From Candidatus Aegiribacteria sp. (GTDB lineage: Bacteria; Fermentibacterota; Fermentibacteria; Fermentibacterales; JCC-6): a stretch of DNA of 64,000 nt. Below, one piece after another: positions 45,956 through 56,034 of the stretch. The stretch lies in the NCBI GenBank assembly GCA_023138735.1, contig JAGLOY010000011.1:40-64039 (forward strand), read 5' to 3'. The first letter of the stretch is position 1, and every line of letters begins with the position of its first letter. A program made the position numbers and the translations under genes. The notes under the pieces were generated by a model. It was not told the DNA's origin. It ran no database searches and saw nothing but the letters and a program-made list of their open reading frames with translations.

Positions 45956-47584
45956 ATGAGAACGCTCCTGTTCACTATTACTCTTTTACTCATGTTCACA
46001 ATCGTATCCGCCGATCCGCCATCATATTACGATCTTCGTGATGTCGGAGGAGTCAACTATGTAACCTCCGTTAAAAGCCAGCAGGGCGGCACATGCTGGA
46101 CGTTCGGGGCAATGTCTTCAATCGAGGGCAACCTGCTTATGACAGGCGCCTGGACTGCCGCGGGAGAAACCGGAGAACCGGATCTCGCTGAGTATCATCT
46201 TGACTGGTGGAATGGCTTCAACCAGTTCAATAACGATGACACAGATCCTCCAACAGGGGGCGGGCTCGAAGTGCATCAGGGGGGAGATTACCTCGTAACC
46301 TCGGCATACCTCACAAGAGGAGAGGGGGCAGTGCGTAATATTGACGGACAGTCTTTCGATACCCCTCCCGAACGCAGCCTGGATTCGTACCACTACTATT
46401 ACCCGCGGGAGATAATCTGGTACACAGCCGGTGCCAGCCTTGAAAATATCGATGTTATCAAGCAGGCCATCATAGATTACGGTGTAATGGGAACCTGCCT
46501 CTGTAGCAGTAGTTCGTTCATCAACGCTGAATACGAGCATTACCAGCCACCGTCGAGTTCTCTCGATCCGAACCATGCCGTATCAATTGTCGGCTGGGAT
46601 GATGCAAGGGTAATTGAGTCTTCTACACCCCCTCCTGGCCCTGGAGCCTGGCTCTGCAAGAACAGCTGGGGAACAGGCTGGGGATACGACGGCTACTTCT
46701 GGATCTCCTATTACGACAAGCACTGCGGCCAGAACCCGACCATGGGGGCCATATCCCTTCGGGACGTTGAATTCATGCAGTACGGCAATATTTACTACCA
46801 CGATTACCACGGCTGGCGTGATACCCTTACCACCGCTATCGAAGTGTTCAATACTTTCACGTCTGAACAGGACGAAGAGCTCAAAGCAGTGAGTTTCTTT
46901 ACAGTGGAAGACAATGTTGTTTATACAACGAAAATTTACGACTCTTTCTCCGGCGGACAGCTCACCGATGAACTTGCGTCAGTTACGGGAACGGCGCTTC
47001 TTACGGGATTTCACACTGTTGACTTCCCCAGCGCAGTAACACTGGATGAGACAGATGTTTTCTATACCTATCTTCATCTGTCCTCAGGAGGGCAACCATT
47101 CGACTGCACCTCCGATGTGCCTGTTCTTCTTGGCGCATCATCCAGAACTATCGTCGAATCAAGTGCAGACCCGGGGGAGAGTTTCTACCTTGATGGTTCA
47201 ACCTGGGTTGACCTGACCACGCTTGATCCTACCGCCAATTTCTGCGTAAAGGCGCTGACCAATCCAATAGGTACGTCCATTTCCGGGGAGGAGTGGGCAG
47301 CATTGCAGCCTTTGTCCGCAGATCCTGTTTATCCCAACCCCTTCTCATCACAGGTTACGGTTCCCTTCACGATCGCGGAAACAGGACTGATCAATATTTC
47401 CGTTTTCGACCTTTCGGGCCGGCAGATCCATACAATTACTTCGGAAGAGTTTGCCGCCGGTGCGCACACCGTTTCCTGGGAAGGAACAGACGATAGCGGT
47501 AACAGGGTAACATCAGGTATCTACTTTGTGAGGATATGGTCAAACGACTTGGTTGTAACCAGCAGAGTGGTTCTTACACAGTAA
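45956..47584 (+). CDS. Secreted papain-like (C1) cysteine peptidase with T9SS-type C-terminal sorting domain
   Basis: The catalytic contexts are [28 protein letters not shown] and [18 protein letters not shown]. The CTD reads [15 protein letters not shown]...GIYFVRIW. The start is taken at the ATG after GGAGG, giving the signal peptide [19 protein letters not shown]. Confidence 0.88.
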   Translation: MRTLLFTITLLLMFTIVSADPPSYYDLRDVGGVNYVTSVKSQQGGTCWTFGAMSSIEGNLLMTGAWTAAGETGEPDLAEYHLDWWNGFNQFNNDDTDPPTGGGLEVHQGGDYLVTSAYLTRGEGAVRNIDGQSFDTPPERSLDSYHYYYPREIIWYTAGASLENIDVIKQAIIDYGVMGTCLCSSSSFINAEYEHYQPPSSSLDPNHAVSIVGWDDARVIESSTPPPGPGAWLCKNSWGTGWGYDGYFWISYYDKHCGQNPTMGAISLRDVEFMQYGNIYYHDYHGWRDTLTTAIEVFNTFTSEQDEELKAVSFFTVEDNVVYTTKIYDSFSGGQLTDELASVTGTALLTGFHTVDFPSAVTLDETDVFYTYLHLSSGGQPFDCTSDVPVLLGASSRTIVESSADPGESFYLDGSTWVDLTTLDPTANFCVKALTNPIGTSISGEEWAALQPLSADPVYPNPFSSQVTVPFTIAETGLINISVFDLSGRQIHTITSEEFAAGAHTVSWEGTDDSGNRVTSGIYFVRIWSNDLVVTSRVVLTQ

Positions 47585-47598
47585 ACTTGAACGGAGTT

Positions 47599-47633
47599 GC
47601 CGGGGGTTACGTCTGTTCGTATCCCCCGGCTTT
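47599..47633. terminator. Possible intrinsic terminator overlapping the 3' end of the convergent gene
   Basis: Stem GCCGGGGG (47599-47606) pairs with CCCCCGGC (47623-47630), followed by TTT. The 16-nt loop is long, so this is a weak call. Confidence 0.35.
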
Positions 47634-48962
47634 CCCTATAAGCTCTCTTATCTTATCGAGTTTTTCATCAAGCAGTTCTGTAGTTTCCGCTTCGGCGACA
47701 AGGCGCAGATAAGATTCGGTATTCGAAGGGCGGATGTTGAACCACCATTGAGGATATTCTATTCTGTATCCGTCAAAATCGTAGAATGCGGCGGGTTTTT
47801 CAATTCCGGTGAAGTAATCCCTTACTCTGTCCATGGCGGATTCCTTATCGTCTATCCGGAAGTTTATTTCTCCTGAATTCGAATATGTGTTTATCGAATC
47901 AATGAGCCCGGAGAATGTTTCCCCGCGCTTCTTAAGTTCCGATAGGATATTCAGAACGAGAATCGCAGCGAGCATACCCGAATCACAGTTGAAGAATTCT
48001 CTGAAATAGTAATGCCCGGCCAGTTCTCCTCCGTAAATCGCATTCAATTCACGCATTTTCATCTTCGCGTGGGAATGTCCCACCTTCCACATGAACGGCC
48101 TGCCTCCAAGCTTCTCGATGAATTCGATTACTCCACGTGAAGTCCTTATATCGTGCAGGACTCGGCCTTTCTCCTCTTTGAGGAAGTGGATTCCGAGAAC
48201 ACCTGTGATCAGATCGGGCGGTACGAATCGCCCTCTGTCATCGATGAACATCACTCTATCACCATCTCCATCGAAGATCACACCCGCATCCAGACCGGCA
48301 CCAAGAACAAGTTCTTTAAGATCGGCGGTATTATTTTCATCAAGCGGGTTGGGGGGATGGCCTGGAAAGGACCCATCCATCCTGTCGTAAAGGTACGCAG
48401 GTTCGCTGCCGAAAACATCCTTGACAAGCAGTGAAGCCATTCCGTTGGAACAGTCGATTCCATATTGAAAATTCGAGTAATCCCCCCGGAACTTATCCAG
48501 GAAGGAGATGTATTCCGCTTTTATGCCTGGAAGCTCTTTTACCTCTCCCCTCCATACAGCCGGCTGGATACCACCTGTTTCAACGGTTTTCTCAAGCTCT
48601 CTCAGGCCGGTATCGTATCCTACCGGCAGGGCATTTGAGCGGGAGATCTTCAGGCCGTTGTATTCCGCCGGATTATGGGACGCAGTAATCTGCACGGATG
48701 CTCCAAACCCATGGACAGCAGTCGCGAAATAGACCATTGGCGTGGTAGAAAACCCGATATCGTAAACACTCGCTCCAGAGTCGGTTATTCCACGAATAAG
48801 GTGACTGAGAATATCGGGAGTGGATTCCCTGCAGTCGTAACCCACAAGAACCTTTTCGGTTTTGAGGAGCCGTGGAAGGAAGAAGCCGATCCTGTAAACG
48901 GTTTCTCCATCAAAATCCCTGCCGTATACACCTCTGATATCGTACGCCTTGAATGCCTTCAT
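47607..48962 (-). CDS. Phosphomannomutase/phosphoglucomutase (alpha-D-phosphohexomutase)
   Basis: The active-site Ser loop is TASHNPAEYNGLK and the metal loop is FDGDGDR. The start is taken at MKAFKAYDIRG. Confidence 0.9.
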   Translation of the reverse strand: MKAFKAYDIRGVYGRDFDGETVYRIGFFLPRLLKTEKVLVGYDCRESTPDILSHLIRGITDSGASVYDIGFSTTPMVYFATAVHGFGASVQITASHNPAEYNGLKISRSNALPVGYDTGLRELEKTVETGGIQPAVWRGEVKELPGIKAEYISFLDKFRGDYSNFQYGIDCSNGMASLLVKDVFGSEPAYLYDRMDGSFPGHPPNPLDENNTADLKELVLGAGLDAGVIFDGDGDRVMFIDDRGRFVPPDLITGVLGIHFLKEEKGRVLHDIRTSRGVIEFIEKLGGRPFMWKVGHSHAKMKMRELNAIYGGELAGHYYFREFFNCDSGMLAAILVLNILSELKKRGETFSGLIDSINTYSNSGEINFRIDDKESAMDRVRDYFTGIEKPAAFYDFDGYRIEYPQWWFNIRPSNTESYLRLVAEAETTELLDEKLDKIRELIGKAGGYEQT

Positions 48963-48987
48963 CTTACGTGTCTCCAAAAAAAGGTGT

Positions 48988-51723
48988 TTATTCCTGTGGC
49001 AGAACGGTTTTCAGTTCTTTCTTGAGTGTGGATATTCTGAATGGTTTGACAAGTCTTCCGCTGAAACCGTACTCAGAATACTTGGCTAACACTGTGTTAT
49101 TGGCGTACCCGCTGGAAACGATAGCTCTTACATCCGGATCGATCTTCTTCAGCTCGTTAATCGCTGCTTCCCCTCCCATTCCTCCCGGAACAGTAAGGTC
49201 CATGATTACGGCATCGAAAGGCTCTTCGGAAGTAAACCTCTCCCGGTAAAGATCGATAGCTTCAGCCCCTTCAGAAGATTCTATAACATCGTGCCCGAGA
49301 GCCTCCAGCATTCCCGAAAGAACCTCCCGTACACTTGGGTCATCATCCATGATCAGGATATGCGCCGAAGCGGAATGGATATCATTCTCCGGTTCCTCCC
49401 GAGAAACAGTCTTCGTTCCGTGGCTGTCGATAACTGGAAGGTATATTACGAACTCCGTTCCTTCACCCTCTTCGGAGTAGGCTCTTATGGCTCCGGAATG
49501 TCTTGATATGATGGAGTAGCTGGTTGAAAGCCCCAGACCGGACCCACCGAATTTCGTTGTGAAGTACGGGTTGAATATTTTTTTCAGATCACTCGGGGGG
49601 ATTCCTTTACCTTTATCCTTTATGGAAATAGTTACGTACTCTCCGATTCCCAGATGAGTTTCCGAATCCTCCCCTATCTCAACATTGCTGCAGCTGACAT
49701 TTATCCGTCCGCCACCGATCATTGCCTGGACGGAGTTCAGCGTAATATTATGAACTACCTGAGAGATCTGTTCTTTGTCGATCTCTATATTTTTTAGGTT
49801 TTCTTCGAAGTTGAAAACAACCTCCACATCCGAGCCTCTCAGGGCAAAAATAACGGCTTCCTGCACGAAACGAGCAACTTCAACAGGCTCCTTCAGCGGA
49901 ACTCCTCCTCTTGCGAATGTCAGAAGCTGTCTGGTAAGGATTGTGGCCTTTTCAGTGGAAGCTACAGCCTGTTCAAGACGCTCGATGAGCCTTGCGGGCT
50001 CTTCCTCTATCTGTGCAAGAGAGATGTTCCCCTGGATTGCCATGAGCAGGTTATTGAAATCATGCGCTATACCGCCAGCGAGAGTCCCAATGGATTCCAG
50101 GTGTTCTATCCTCGAAAGCTCCTCCTCTATTCGGCGCTGGTCTGTGATATCCCTTACTATCCCTTCAATGTACTCCTCTTGTCCCTCTCTTGTTGAAACT
50201 TTTCGAGCAGAAATGGAGGCAAGGAAAGTTGAACCGTCCAGCCTTTTCAATTCAGCCTCAAAACCGCGCACTTCTTTGTCCTTCGAAAGTATATCCAGGA
50301 ATTTCTTCCTGACTGACGGCTCAACGTAGAGATCCTTAACGGAAACATCGTCAAAATCACCTGTTTCTTCTCCAAAGAACATCCTTTGCATCTCGGGGTT
50401 GTAGAAAACGATTTTCCCTCCCGACTCGGCTGTCGTTCTGTATACTGCCACTGGTATGTTTCCGGTCAGTTCTCTGAACTGATTCCTGGTTTCGATCAAT
50501 TCAACCTGTGTCTTAAGCGACTCTGTTAAGTCAAGTGTAAGGATAACAACTTTTTCCACGTCACCGTTGTCATCCTTCAGAGCGTAGAAGTGATGAGAGA
50601 TATACTCGGCTCCATCGGGAGAGGGGTTGGTGATTTTCAACTTTGGAATGTACAGTTCCCCTCCCTTCAAGTAGACTTCCCTAACATCATCAATGTGTTT
50701 TCCCAGATAGGTATCCTTCTTATCCATCTGAAGTTTGGAACGGAGGATCATTCTATCCTTCAGATCTTCAATACTCCTGTTCCAGATGTTGCGCCATGAA
50801 GCATTAGCCATCAACAGGGTACCGTTCCTGTCATGCACGGAGATACCAACTGGAGAGTTGTCTACAATGGCTTTCATGAGCTTAAGGCTTTCTCTGAGTT
50901 TCTTTTCAGCTTCTTTCCGCTGCGTAAGATCCCTTACTGAAACTAGAAGAACCTCTGCATCTCTGTAGATCATGGGTGTTGAGGAGAGCTCAACGGGCAG
51001 GAATCCAGTTCTCTTTTTTATGAGGGTTTCGAATATTGTTGTATTTGTCGTTCTGTTCCCGGATTTCTGGAAAAGGGATTCTACAGTGTCTCTGTCAGCG
51101 TCATGGAATAAACTCAAAGGGGAAAAGGTGTAGATGTCCTCTCTGGAGTAATCTGTCATCCTGCAGAAACAGTTATTCGCAAAGAGAATTATGTCTCCGC
51201 TGCAAATAAGGATACCTTCTTTTATATTTTCTACTACAGTGCGGTAACGCTCTTCGGTTTCTGCCGTTTTCATCTGTTCTAACACCACAGGAGAGAGGTC
51301 CTTCATGATAACGATCCTGTCTTCGGTTCCGGGGATGAAACCCACATTCACACGCATGAGGCGGGATTCTTCTCCCGGCACATTAACTCTAAGCGTGTAT
51401 GTAGTCGGAGGGTTGCCTGTTCCCTTCGCCCTGTCATAGAAGTAACCGGTGATACGCTCTATGTCTTCATCGGGGACGAAGGTTTCCCATGATACTTTCC
51501 CGATGATTTGCTTGAGCGGAATCCCTGTGATTCTTTCGATCTGATTGCTTGCCTCGATCACGATACCGTCTTTGTTCAGCACAATGACAATATTCTCGCT
51601 GAGCTTCAGAATTGTTCTGAGGGTTGATCCGCTAAGCTGGAGCTTATCCTTGAGTTCCCTGATAAGGTCTGAGTCTCTGCTGGTATCCTTAATTGGCGGC
51701 ATATCGTTCTCCCGGGAAATCAC
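48988..51723 (-). CDS. Hybrid sensor histidine kinase (multiple PAS domains, HisKA, HATPase_c, C-terminal receiver)
   Basis: The H-box is AGGIAHDFNNLL and the G-boxes are DKGKGI and GGSGLGLS. The receiver region reads ILIMDDD...DAVIMDLTVPG...SSGY. About 4 PAS-like segments lie upstream. No TM segment is seen. Confidence 0.88.
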   Translation of the reverse strand: MISRENDMPPIKDTSRDSDLIRELKDKLQLSGSTLRTILKLSENIVIVLNKDGIVIEASNQIERITGIPLKQIIGKVSWETFVPDEDIERITGYFYDRAKGTGNPPTTYTLRVNVPGEESRLMRVNVGFIPGTEDRIVIMKDLSPVVLEQMKTAETEERYRTVVENIKEGILICSGDIILFANNCFCRMTDYSREDIYTFSPLSLFHDADRDTVESLFQKSGNRTTNTTIFETLIKKRTGFLPVELSSTPMIYRDAEVLLVSVRDLTQRKEAEKKLRESLKLMKAIVDNSPVGISVHDRNGTLLMANASWRNIWNRSIEDLKDRMILRSKLQMDKKDTYLGKHIDDVREVYLKGGELYIPKLKITNPSPDGAEYISHHFYALKDDNGDVEKVVILTLDLTESLKTQVELIETRNQFRELTGNIPVAVYRTTAESGGKIVFYNPEMQRMFFGEETGDFDDVSVKDLYVEPSVRKKFLDILSKDKEVRGFEAELKRLDGSTFLASISARKVSTREGQEEYIEGIVRDITDQRRIEEELSRIEHLESIGTLAGGIAHDFNNLLMAIQGNISLAQIEEEPARLIERLEQAVASTEKATILTRQLLTFARGGVPLKEPVEVARFVQEAVIFALRGSDVEVVFNFEENLKNIEIDKEQISQVVHNITLNSVQAMIGGGRINVSCSNVEIGEDSETHLGIGEYVTISIKDKGKGIPPSDLKKIFNPYFTTKFGGSGLGLSTSYSIISRHSGAIRAYSEEGEGTEFVIYLPVIDSHGTKTVSREEPENDIHSASAHILIMDDDPSVREVLSGMLEALGHDVIESSEGAEAIDLYRERFTSEEPFDAVIMDLTVPGGMGGEAAINELKKIDPDVRAIVSSGYANNTVLAKYSEYGFSGRLVKPFRISTLKKELKTVLPQE

Positions 51724-51759
51724 CTTACATTAGTTAGTATATACATACGGAGCATATTC

Positions 51760-52650
51760 TCACAACCCTGCAGAGCTTCGTACCTTACCCTGCTCTCTTG
51801 CTGACAATATCATCGCTGTTAACATTAGTGTACCGCCAGCCGTCCCCTGGATAGTTACAGGTTCGGAAAGCATGATCCAGCCGCCGATCAGGGCGAAAAC
51901 TGCTTCAAGGCTCATAATTATCGCTGCGTGAGCGGGGTGCGCCCGTTTCTGGGCAATAACCTGCAGTGTATATGCAATTCCGACCGAAACCAACCCGCCG
52001 TAAAGAATGGGAATGGCAGCCATACGAATACTGCTCAATGACAGATTCTCCATCAGAAGAGCCAGGACTGCGCTAAGAAGAGAACAGCATACAAACTGTA
52101 CTGCAGCCAGAGAAAGAGCTTCGTACTTCTTCATCAGCCTCGAGATAAGCTGTATATGAACAGCCCAAAAAATTGCTCCTGCGAATACGATGATATCTCC
52201 GGAAAACATACGGGATGACCCGGCTGTTGTAAGAAGGAACATACCCGAAACCGCAAGAGCAGTTCCGGCCCATGTTCCTTTTGAGCAGGACTGCCCCCAG
52301 AACAGTCCCAGAACGGGAACCATTACCACATACAGACCAGTTACGAAGCCGGCATTTCCCGCAGTTGTATAGACAAGCCCCACCTGCTGCAGTGATGCCC
52401 CGGCAAAGAGAATCAGCCCGGCGAGTATGCCATGCTTAAGCGGAACACGAGGAGCACGGGTCTTCTTTCTAGAGATGTAGATCAGGGGCAGAAGTACCAC
52501 AGCACCCAGAGCGAACCTGACAGCATTGAACAGGAACGGACCGACGTGCTCCATGCCTGCCCTCTGGGCAACAAAGGCAAAGCCCCATATGGCGGCCGTG
52601 AGAAGAAGGAGCAGGTCTGTTTTTAAATGAGCCCTGTTATCGGTGAACAT
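51760..52650 (-). CDS. EamA/DMT-family transporter
   Basis: The 296-aa ORF has 10 predicted hydrophobic helices and an EamA-like repeat pattern (LLLTAAIWGFAFVAQR). Confidence 0.85.
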   Translation of the reverse strand: MFTDNRAHLKTDLLLLLTAAIWGFAFVAQRAGMEHVGPFLFNAVRFALGAVVLLPLIYISRKKTRAPRVPLKHGILAGLILFAGASLQQVGLVYTTAGNAGFVTGLYVVMVPVLGLFWGQSCSKGTWAGTALAVSGMFLLTTAGSSRMFSGDIIVFAGAIFWAVHIQLISRLMKKYEALSLAAVQFVCCSLLSAVLALLMENLSLSSIRMAAIPILYGGLVSVGIAYTLQVIAQKRAHPAHAAIIMSLEAVFALIGGWIMLSEPVTIQGTAGGTLMLTAMILSAREQGKVRSSAGL

Positions 52651-52806
52651 TATACTTCAATCATATCCTTCAGAATATTTCGGTGGTTACAAAACAGCCT
52701 GAATATGCAATCACAAGCATGAAAGGCACAATCCACACTTGACGAAACGGATAATGCCGCAATCACTAGGTGCAGTATACATCTAGATGAAAGGGACACC
52801 ATGCCA

Positions 52807-52830
52807 GGAAGAGGAAGAGGAAGAGGAAGA
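52807..52830. repeat. Hexanucleotide tandem repeat (GGAAGA)x4
   Basis: A perfect 4-unit repeat was read directly from the sequence. It lies in two alternative small ORFs. One is 52787..52993, where it encodes a poly-Glu run. The other is 52801..52911, where it encodes (RG)4. Confidence 0.9.
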
Positions 52831-53090
52831 GGCGGAGCTCATAATCGTTCCGGCAGGAGACGGAACAAGATCGAGGGGCGACGGAGGTCGGCGCAGGTAT
52901 CCGCAGTATGACGGCCCTGTTTACACTCAGGAACCCGCAGAAACAGAATCCGAATTGGACGCCATCCCTTTCTGTCGCTATTCCAGACAATGATGAACGT
53001 GTATATATAGACTGCTTGTTTTACTGCGTTGACCTTCTTTGTACATTTTGTTTATCGTACAGAGGTATTCTCAGGCGATAGGAGCGGGAC

Positions 53091-55823
53091 ATGAAAAGCA
53101 AGAAGGATACTGGCAGGATAGCGGCAAGGCTGACAACCGCTGTTTCTTCAATGGAAAATCCAGAGGGTAGGATTGAGGCCCTGGCCAAATTTATCTCCGG
53201 CTACAAACCGGATGAGATAGGCCATGTTCTGGGTTCTGTTATAGTTGATGCCTGCCAGCGTATAGAAGCCAGTTTAACGTTCCTTTCATTAATAGACCGA
53301 CCTCTCCTTAAGAAAAGTTCTCCCGACTGGGACTGGGGTGCTCTGGATGACTGGTTCTCGAAAACAAAACTCGAAGAGGTATGGACCCTTTACAACCACA
53401 TTCCATCAGTTTCATCAAAACATGTTATAGCTAAGATATCCTTACTTATCGAGATTATTTTTGTGCTTATAGAGGACGACCTCCTCGACCCCGAATCGGA
53501 TATGGACTGTTCGGGCGCGGATATCGCCCTGACCATACTCAAGGGAGCCGGAAAAGAAGATCCAATTTTCAAGCTCTCTCTTACTTCCTTCCCGGTGGAG
53601 ATACGTAAATTTGTAAAAGACATTCTCGCAGAATTTGACTTCATAGAGAATACTCCTGGAATATGGCAATTCACTTTCAGCCAGACTGGACTGGATAACT
53701 TCGCTTCGGGAAACAATCTCAGGATTCATATGGGTTCCAGCCAAATGTCGATGGCAGTGGCCCAGAGAAACGCCGAAAATCTTGTAAAAAGACTAGAGCT
53801 TCTCGTGAAAGCTCTTCAGATGTTTCCATCCGGGCACCCGTCAATAGATCCCTCAACAGAATCCTTTCTTACCATCTTATCTAAATTCTACAAAGAGAAG
53901 GAACAGGTTACCCTTTCGGTAATGGGTGATACCGTCATGGTTAACGAAATAAGCGTGGAAAGAAAAACCACAAGCATGAGCAGTTTCGTCAGAGCCTTCA
54001 TAGAACGAAAAATGAGCAGCCTGACCTTCGATCCTGGAGTTACTGCTGAGGATGTGAAAACCTTTGCAAAGATATTCAACAGACCCCCTGCATACATTTC
54101 GGAACACGGCGGCATGGACAGACTTCTCGAGCTCAGAGGACTGAGTTCCATTTTCATAAACCGATTCCACTACCAGCTTATCTCCGAAGGTGGTGACACA
54201 GATCAAACTCTGGCGCGGGGAGAAGTCACCATTGAAGACGCCATCTTTTCCGAACTGATAGACAGGCTTGAGCGAGGGGAAAGCATAGATTCCCTTCCAG
54301 GAAGCAAAATCGGAGATGCCCTTAAATCAGTTCTCGCTGCCGCGAAGGAAAACAGGGAGGAACAGAGAGGGATGATAGCAAGATTCGTATTTGCCCTTGA
54401 TCCCACCCTGCTTGAAAAGGGTCTTCTTTCAAACCGTGTGATTCAGAGAGGAATGGCATGGAAAGCTGTCCGTAAGATAATAGACAGGCTTCTGGCCAGC
54501 CTTCCCTCTCCTGATCCGGATACAAGGCACAGGGCTGTGGGTAAGCTGCAGGACATGGCTCTCCTGGCCGTGGAGCGTGGAAAAGAGAACTCAACAATAC
54601 AGATAATCGAGTACGTTTCCAGGCTTATAAAGCGAGAACAGGATCCGGACGTTCTCTACAGGGGGGTAGTTCTCACAGCTTCCCTTATGGAAGCTCTTCT
54701 TGCCAGGGGTATGATGACCATAGCCCTTCAAGCCGGGAAGATTCTTCAGAACCTGGAGGCAATGCGGTTCTCAAGGACTGAACTTGAAGCGGCCAGAAAG
54801 CGCTCTCTGGGGGAGGCCCAGAGGAAGATGGATACAATAAACGCAGCGGAAGCCCTTGTTCAGAACATACTTTCCGATGATGAGATAGTTTCACGGGAGG
54901 CAACCAACCTTGCAATGATAATTCCCCCGGACAATCTGGTATCTCAGCTGGTGAATATTTTCCACGAGGATAGCAGAAGGCTCAGATCAAAAGCTTTCCG
55001 GATGCTTCTTAAAATGGGCAAGAGGGGACTCACAGCAATCCATGAAAGACTCACTGAGATAGTAACCGCTTTCAATTCAAAGGTGGGTGGAGGCACTTAT
55101 CTTCTGCCGGACATAGAATGGTACATGGCCAGAAACATGATACAGGTTCTTCGTGATCTGGGCTCTCCCTCGAGCGAGAGCATTCTTGCGGAACTCTGCA
55201 AGGTTCCCGATTCTAGGATAAGACGCGAATGTCTCCTGGCTCTTACACAAGTGTCCTCGACAACTGCGGAAAGTCTTTCCATGTACCTCATCATTGATAA
55301 GTCAAAGGAAGTTGCTGAGATAGCCCTGGATATTCTCACCAAACAGGCTATGATGAACCCCGCTTTCGTTCCCAGCATAACCGAGGCTTTCCGGAAGAAC
55401 AGTGATATCAGAACCGAGATTATGGAATCCTTCAGTATGCTTGGCAATCAAGCACCGGTCATCGCTTTTCTCTCTCGGAACCTTCAAGACGGCCCTTCCA
55501 GTATTCTTTTCGAAGACCAGAACCTTGTTTCCGGAGCTTTTAGAATCATCAGCAGATACGGAGGAACGGCTGAGTTGCCCGTACTGCAGAACCTTCTGGA
55601 CGAAGTAGAGGGAGGTTTTTTCAGGAAGCATAAAATTGAAAAATATCTGGTTCAGCAACTGAAGGAGACTATCGAGAAGCTGACGCTTTCAGAAAACGTG
55701 ATCGAAAGTAATGTCTCTCCAGAACTTCCATCTGACAGACCACGCAAACCACGAAAACCGCGTAAGCCGCCCGAAGATGACGAGATAACCATCCTTGGTC
55801 CCAATTACGGCATAGACAACTAA
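53091..55823 (+). CDS. Large cytoplasmic hypothetical protein, predominantly alpha-helical (HEAT/ARM-like by composition), with a C-terminal PRKPRKPRKP tail
   Basis: The 910-aa ORF starts after an AGGAG SD. It has no signal peptide and no TM segment. The Leu/Glu/Ala-rich periodicity suggests helical repeats. I recognised no catalytic motif. Confidence 0.65.
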   Translation: MKSKKDTGRIAARLTTAVSSMENPEGRIEALAKFISGYKPDEIGHVLGSVIVDACQRIEASLTFLSLIDRPLLKKSSPDWDWGALDDWFSKTKLEEVWTLYNHIPSVSSKHVIAKISLLIEIIFVLIEDDLLDPESDMDCSGADIALTILKGAGKEDPIFKLSLTSFPVEIRKFVKDILAEFDFIENTPGIWQFTFSQTGLDNFASGNNLRIHMGSSQMSMAVAQRNAENLVKRLELLVKALQMFPSGHPSIDPSTESFLTILSKFYKEKEQVTLSVMGDTVMVNEISVERKTTSMSSFVRAFIERKMSSLTFDPGVTAEDVKTFAKIFNRPPAYISEHGGMDRLLELRGLSSIFINRFHYQLISEGGDTDQTLARGEVTIEDAIFSELIDRLERGESIDSLPGSKIGDALKSVLAAAKENREEQRGMIARFVFALDPTLLEKGLLSNRVIQRGMAWKAVRKIIDRLLASLPSPDPDTRHRAVGKLQDMALLAVERGKENSTIQIIEYVSRLIKREQDPDVLYRGVVLTASLMEALLARGMMTIALQAGKILQNLEAMRFSRTELEAARKRSLGEAQRKMDTINAAEALVQNILSDDEIVSREATNLAMIIPPDNLVSQLVNIFHEDSRRLRSKAFRMLLKMGKRGLTAIHERLTEIVTAFNSKVGGGTYLLPDIEWYMARNMIQVLRDLGSPSSESILAELCKVPDSRIRRECLLALTQVSSTTAESLSMYLIIDKSKEVAEIALDILTKQAMMNPAFVPSITEAFRKNSDIRTEIMESFSMLGNQAPVIAFLSRNLQDGPSSILFEDQNLVSGAFRIISRYGGTAELPVLQNLLDEVEGGFFRKHKIEKYLVQQLKETIEKLTLSENVIESNVSPELPSDRPRKPRKPRKPPEDDEITILGPNYGIDN

Positions 55824-56034
55824 CGTAAGTACTTATACAACTTGACGAAAGTCAGGTTATGTATCATGTACTGAATAAGCAGGTCATCGATCATATTGTT
55901 CAAACCAACCGGGGAGGTTTTCTCTGAGTCTTATGTCCTTTCAGATGTGCATAACACAAGTGTGCGGACCAGCTTCCAGTCCTTCACGAAGGGAGTTTCT
56001 GTAATCCGCACAGGCTGAGAGGAAGGTTGACATC

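Noticed and set aside
52739-55847. A shared ACTTGACGAAA motif occurs upstream of 53091 (52737-52747) and of 56035 (55840-55850). It might be a common regulatory site.
   Set aside because: The shared part is essentially a sigma70 -35 hexamer (TTGACG) plus a few A residues. Neither copy has a well-spaced -10 element. Two occurrences of an 11-mer in 64 kb of promoter-like DNA are not compelling.
55961-56012. An inverted repeat (TGTGCGGA ... TCCGCACA) closes a ~52-nt region in the leader of lipoprotein gene 56035. It might be a riboswitch or attenuator.
   Set aside because: Only the 8-bp outer stem is clean and the interior pairs poorly by eye. I recognised no riboswitch core motif, and no T-tract follows. 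It would need covariance or structure-probing evidence.
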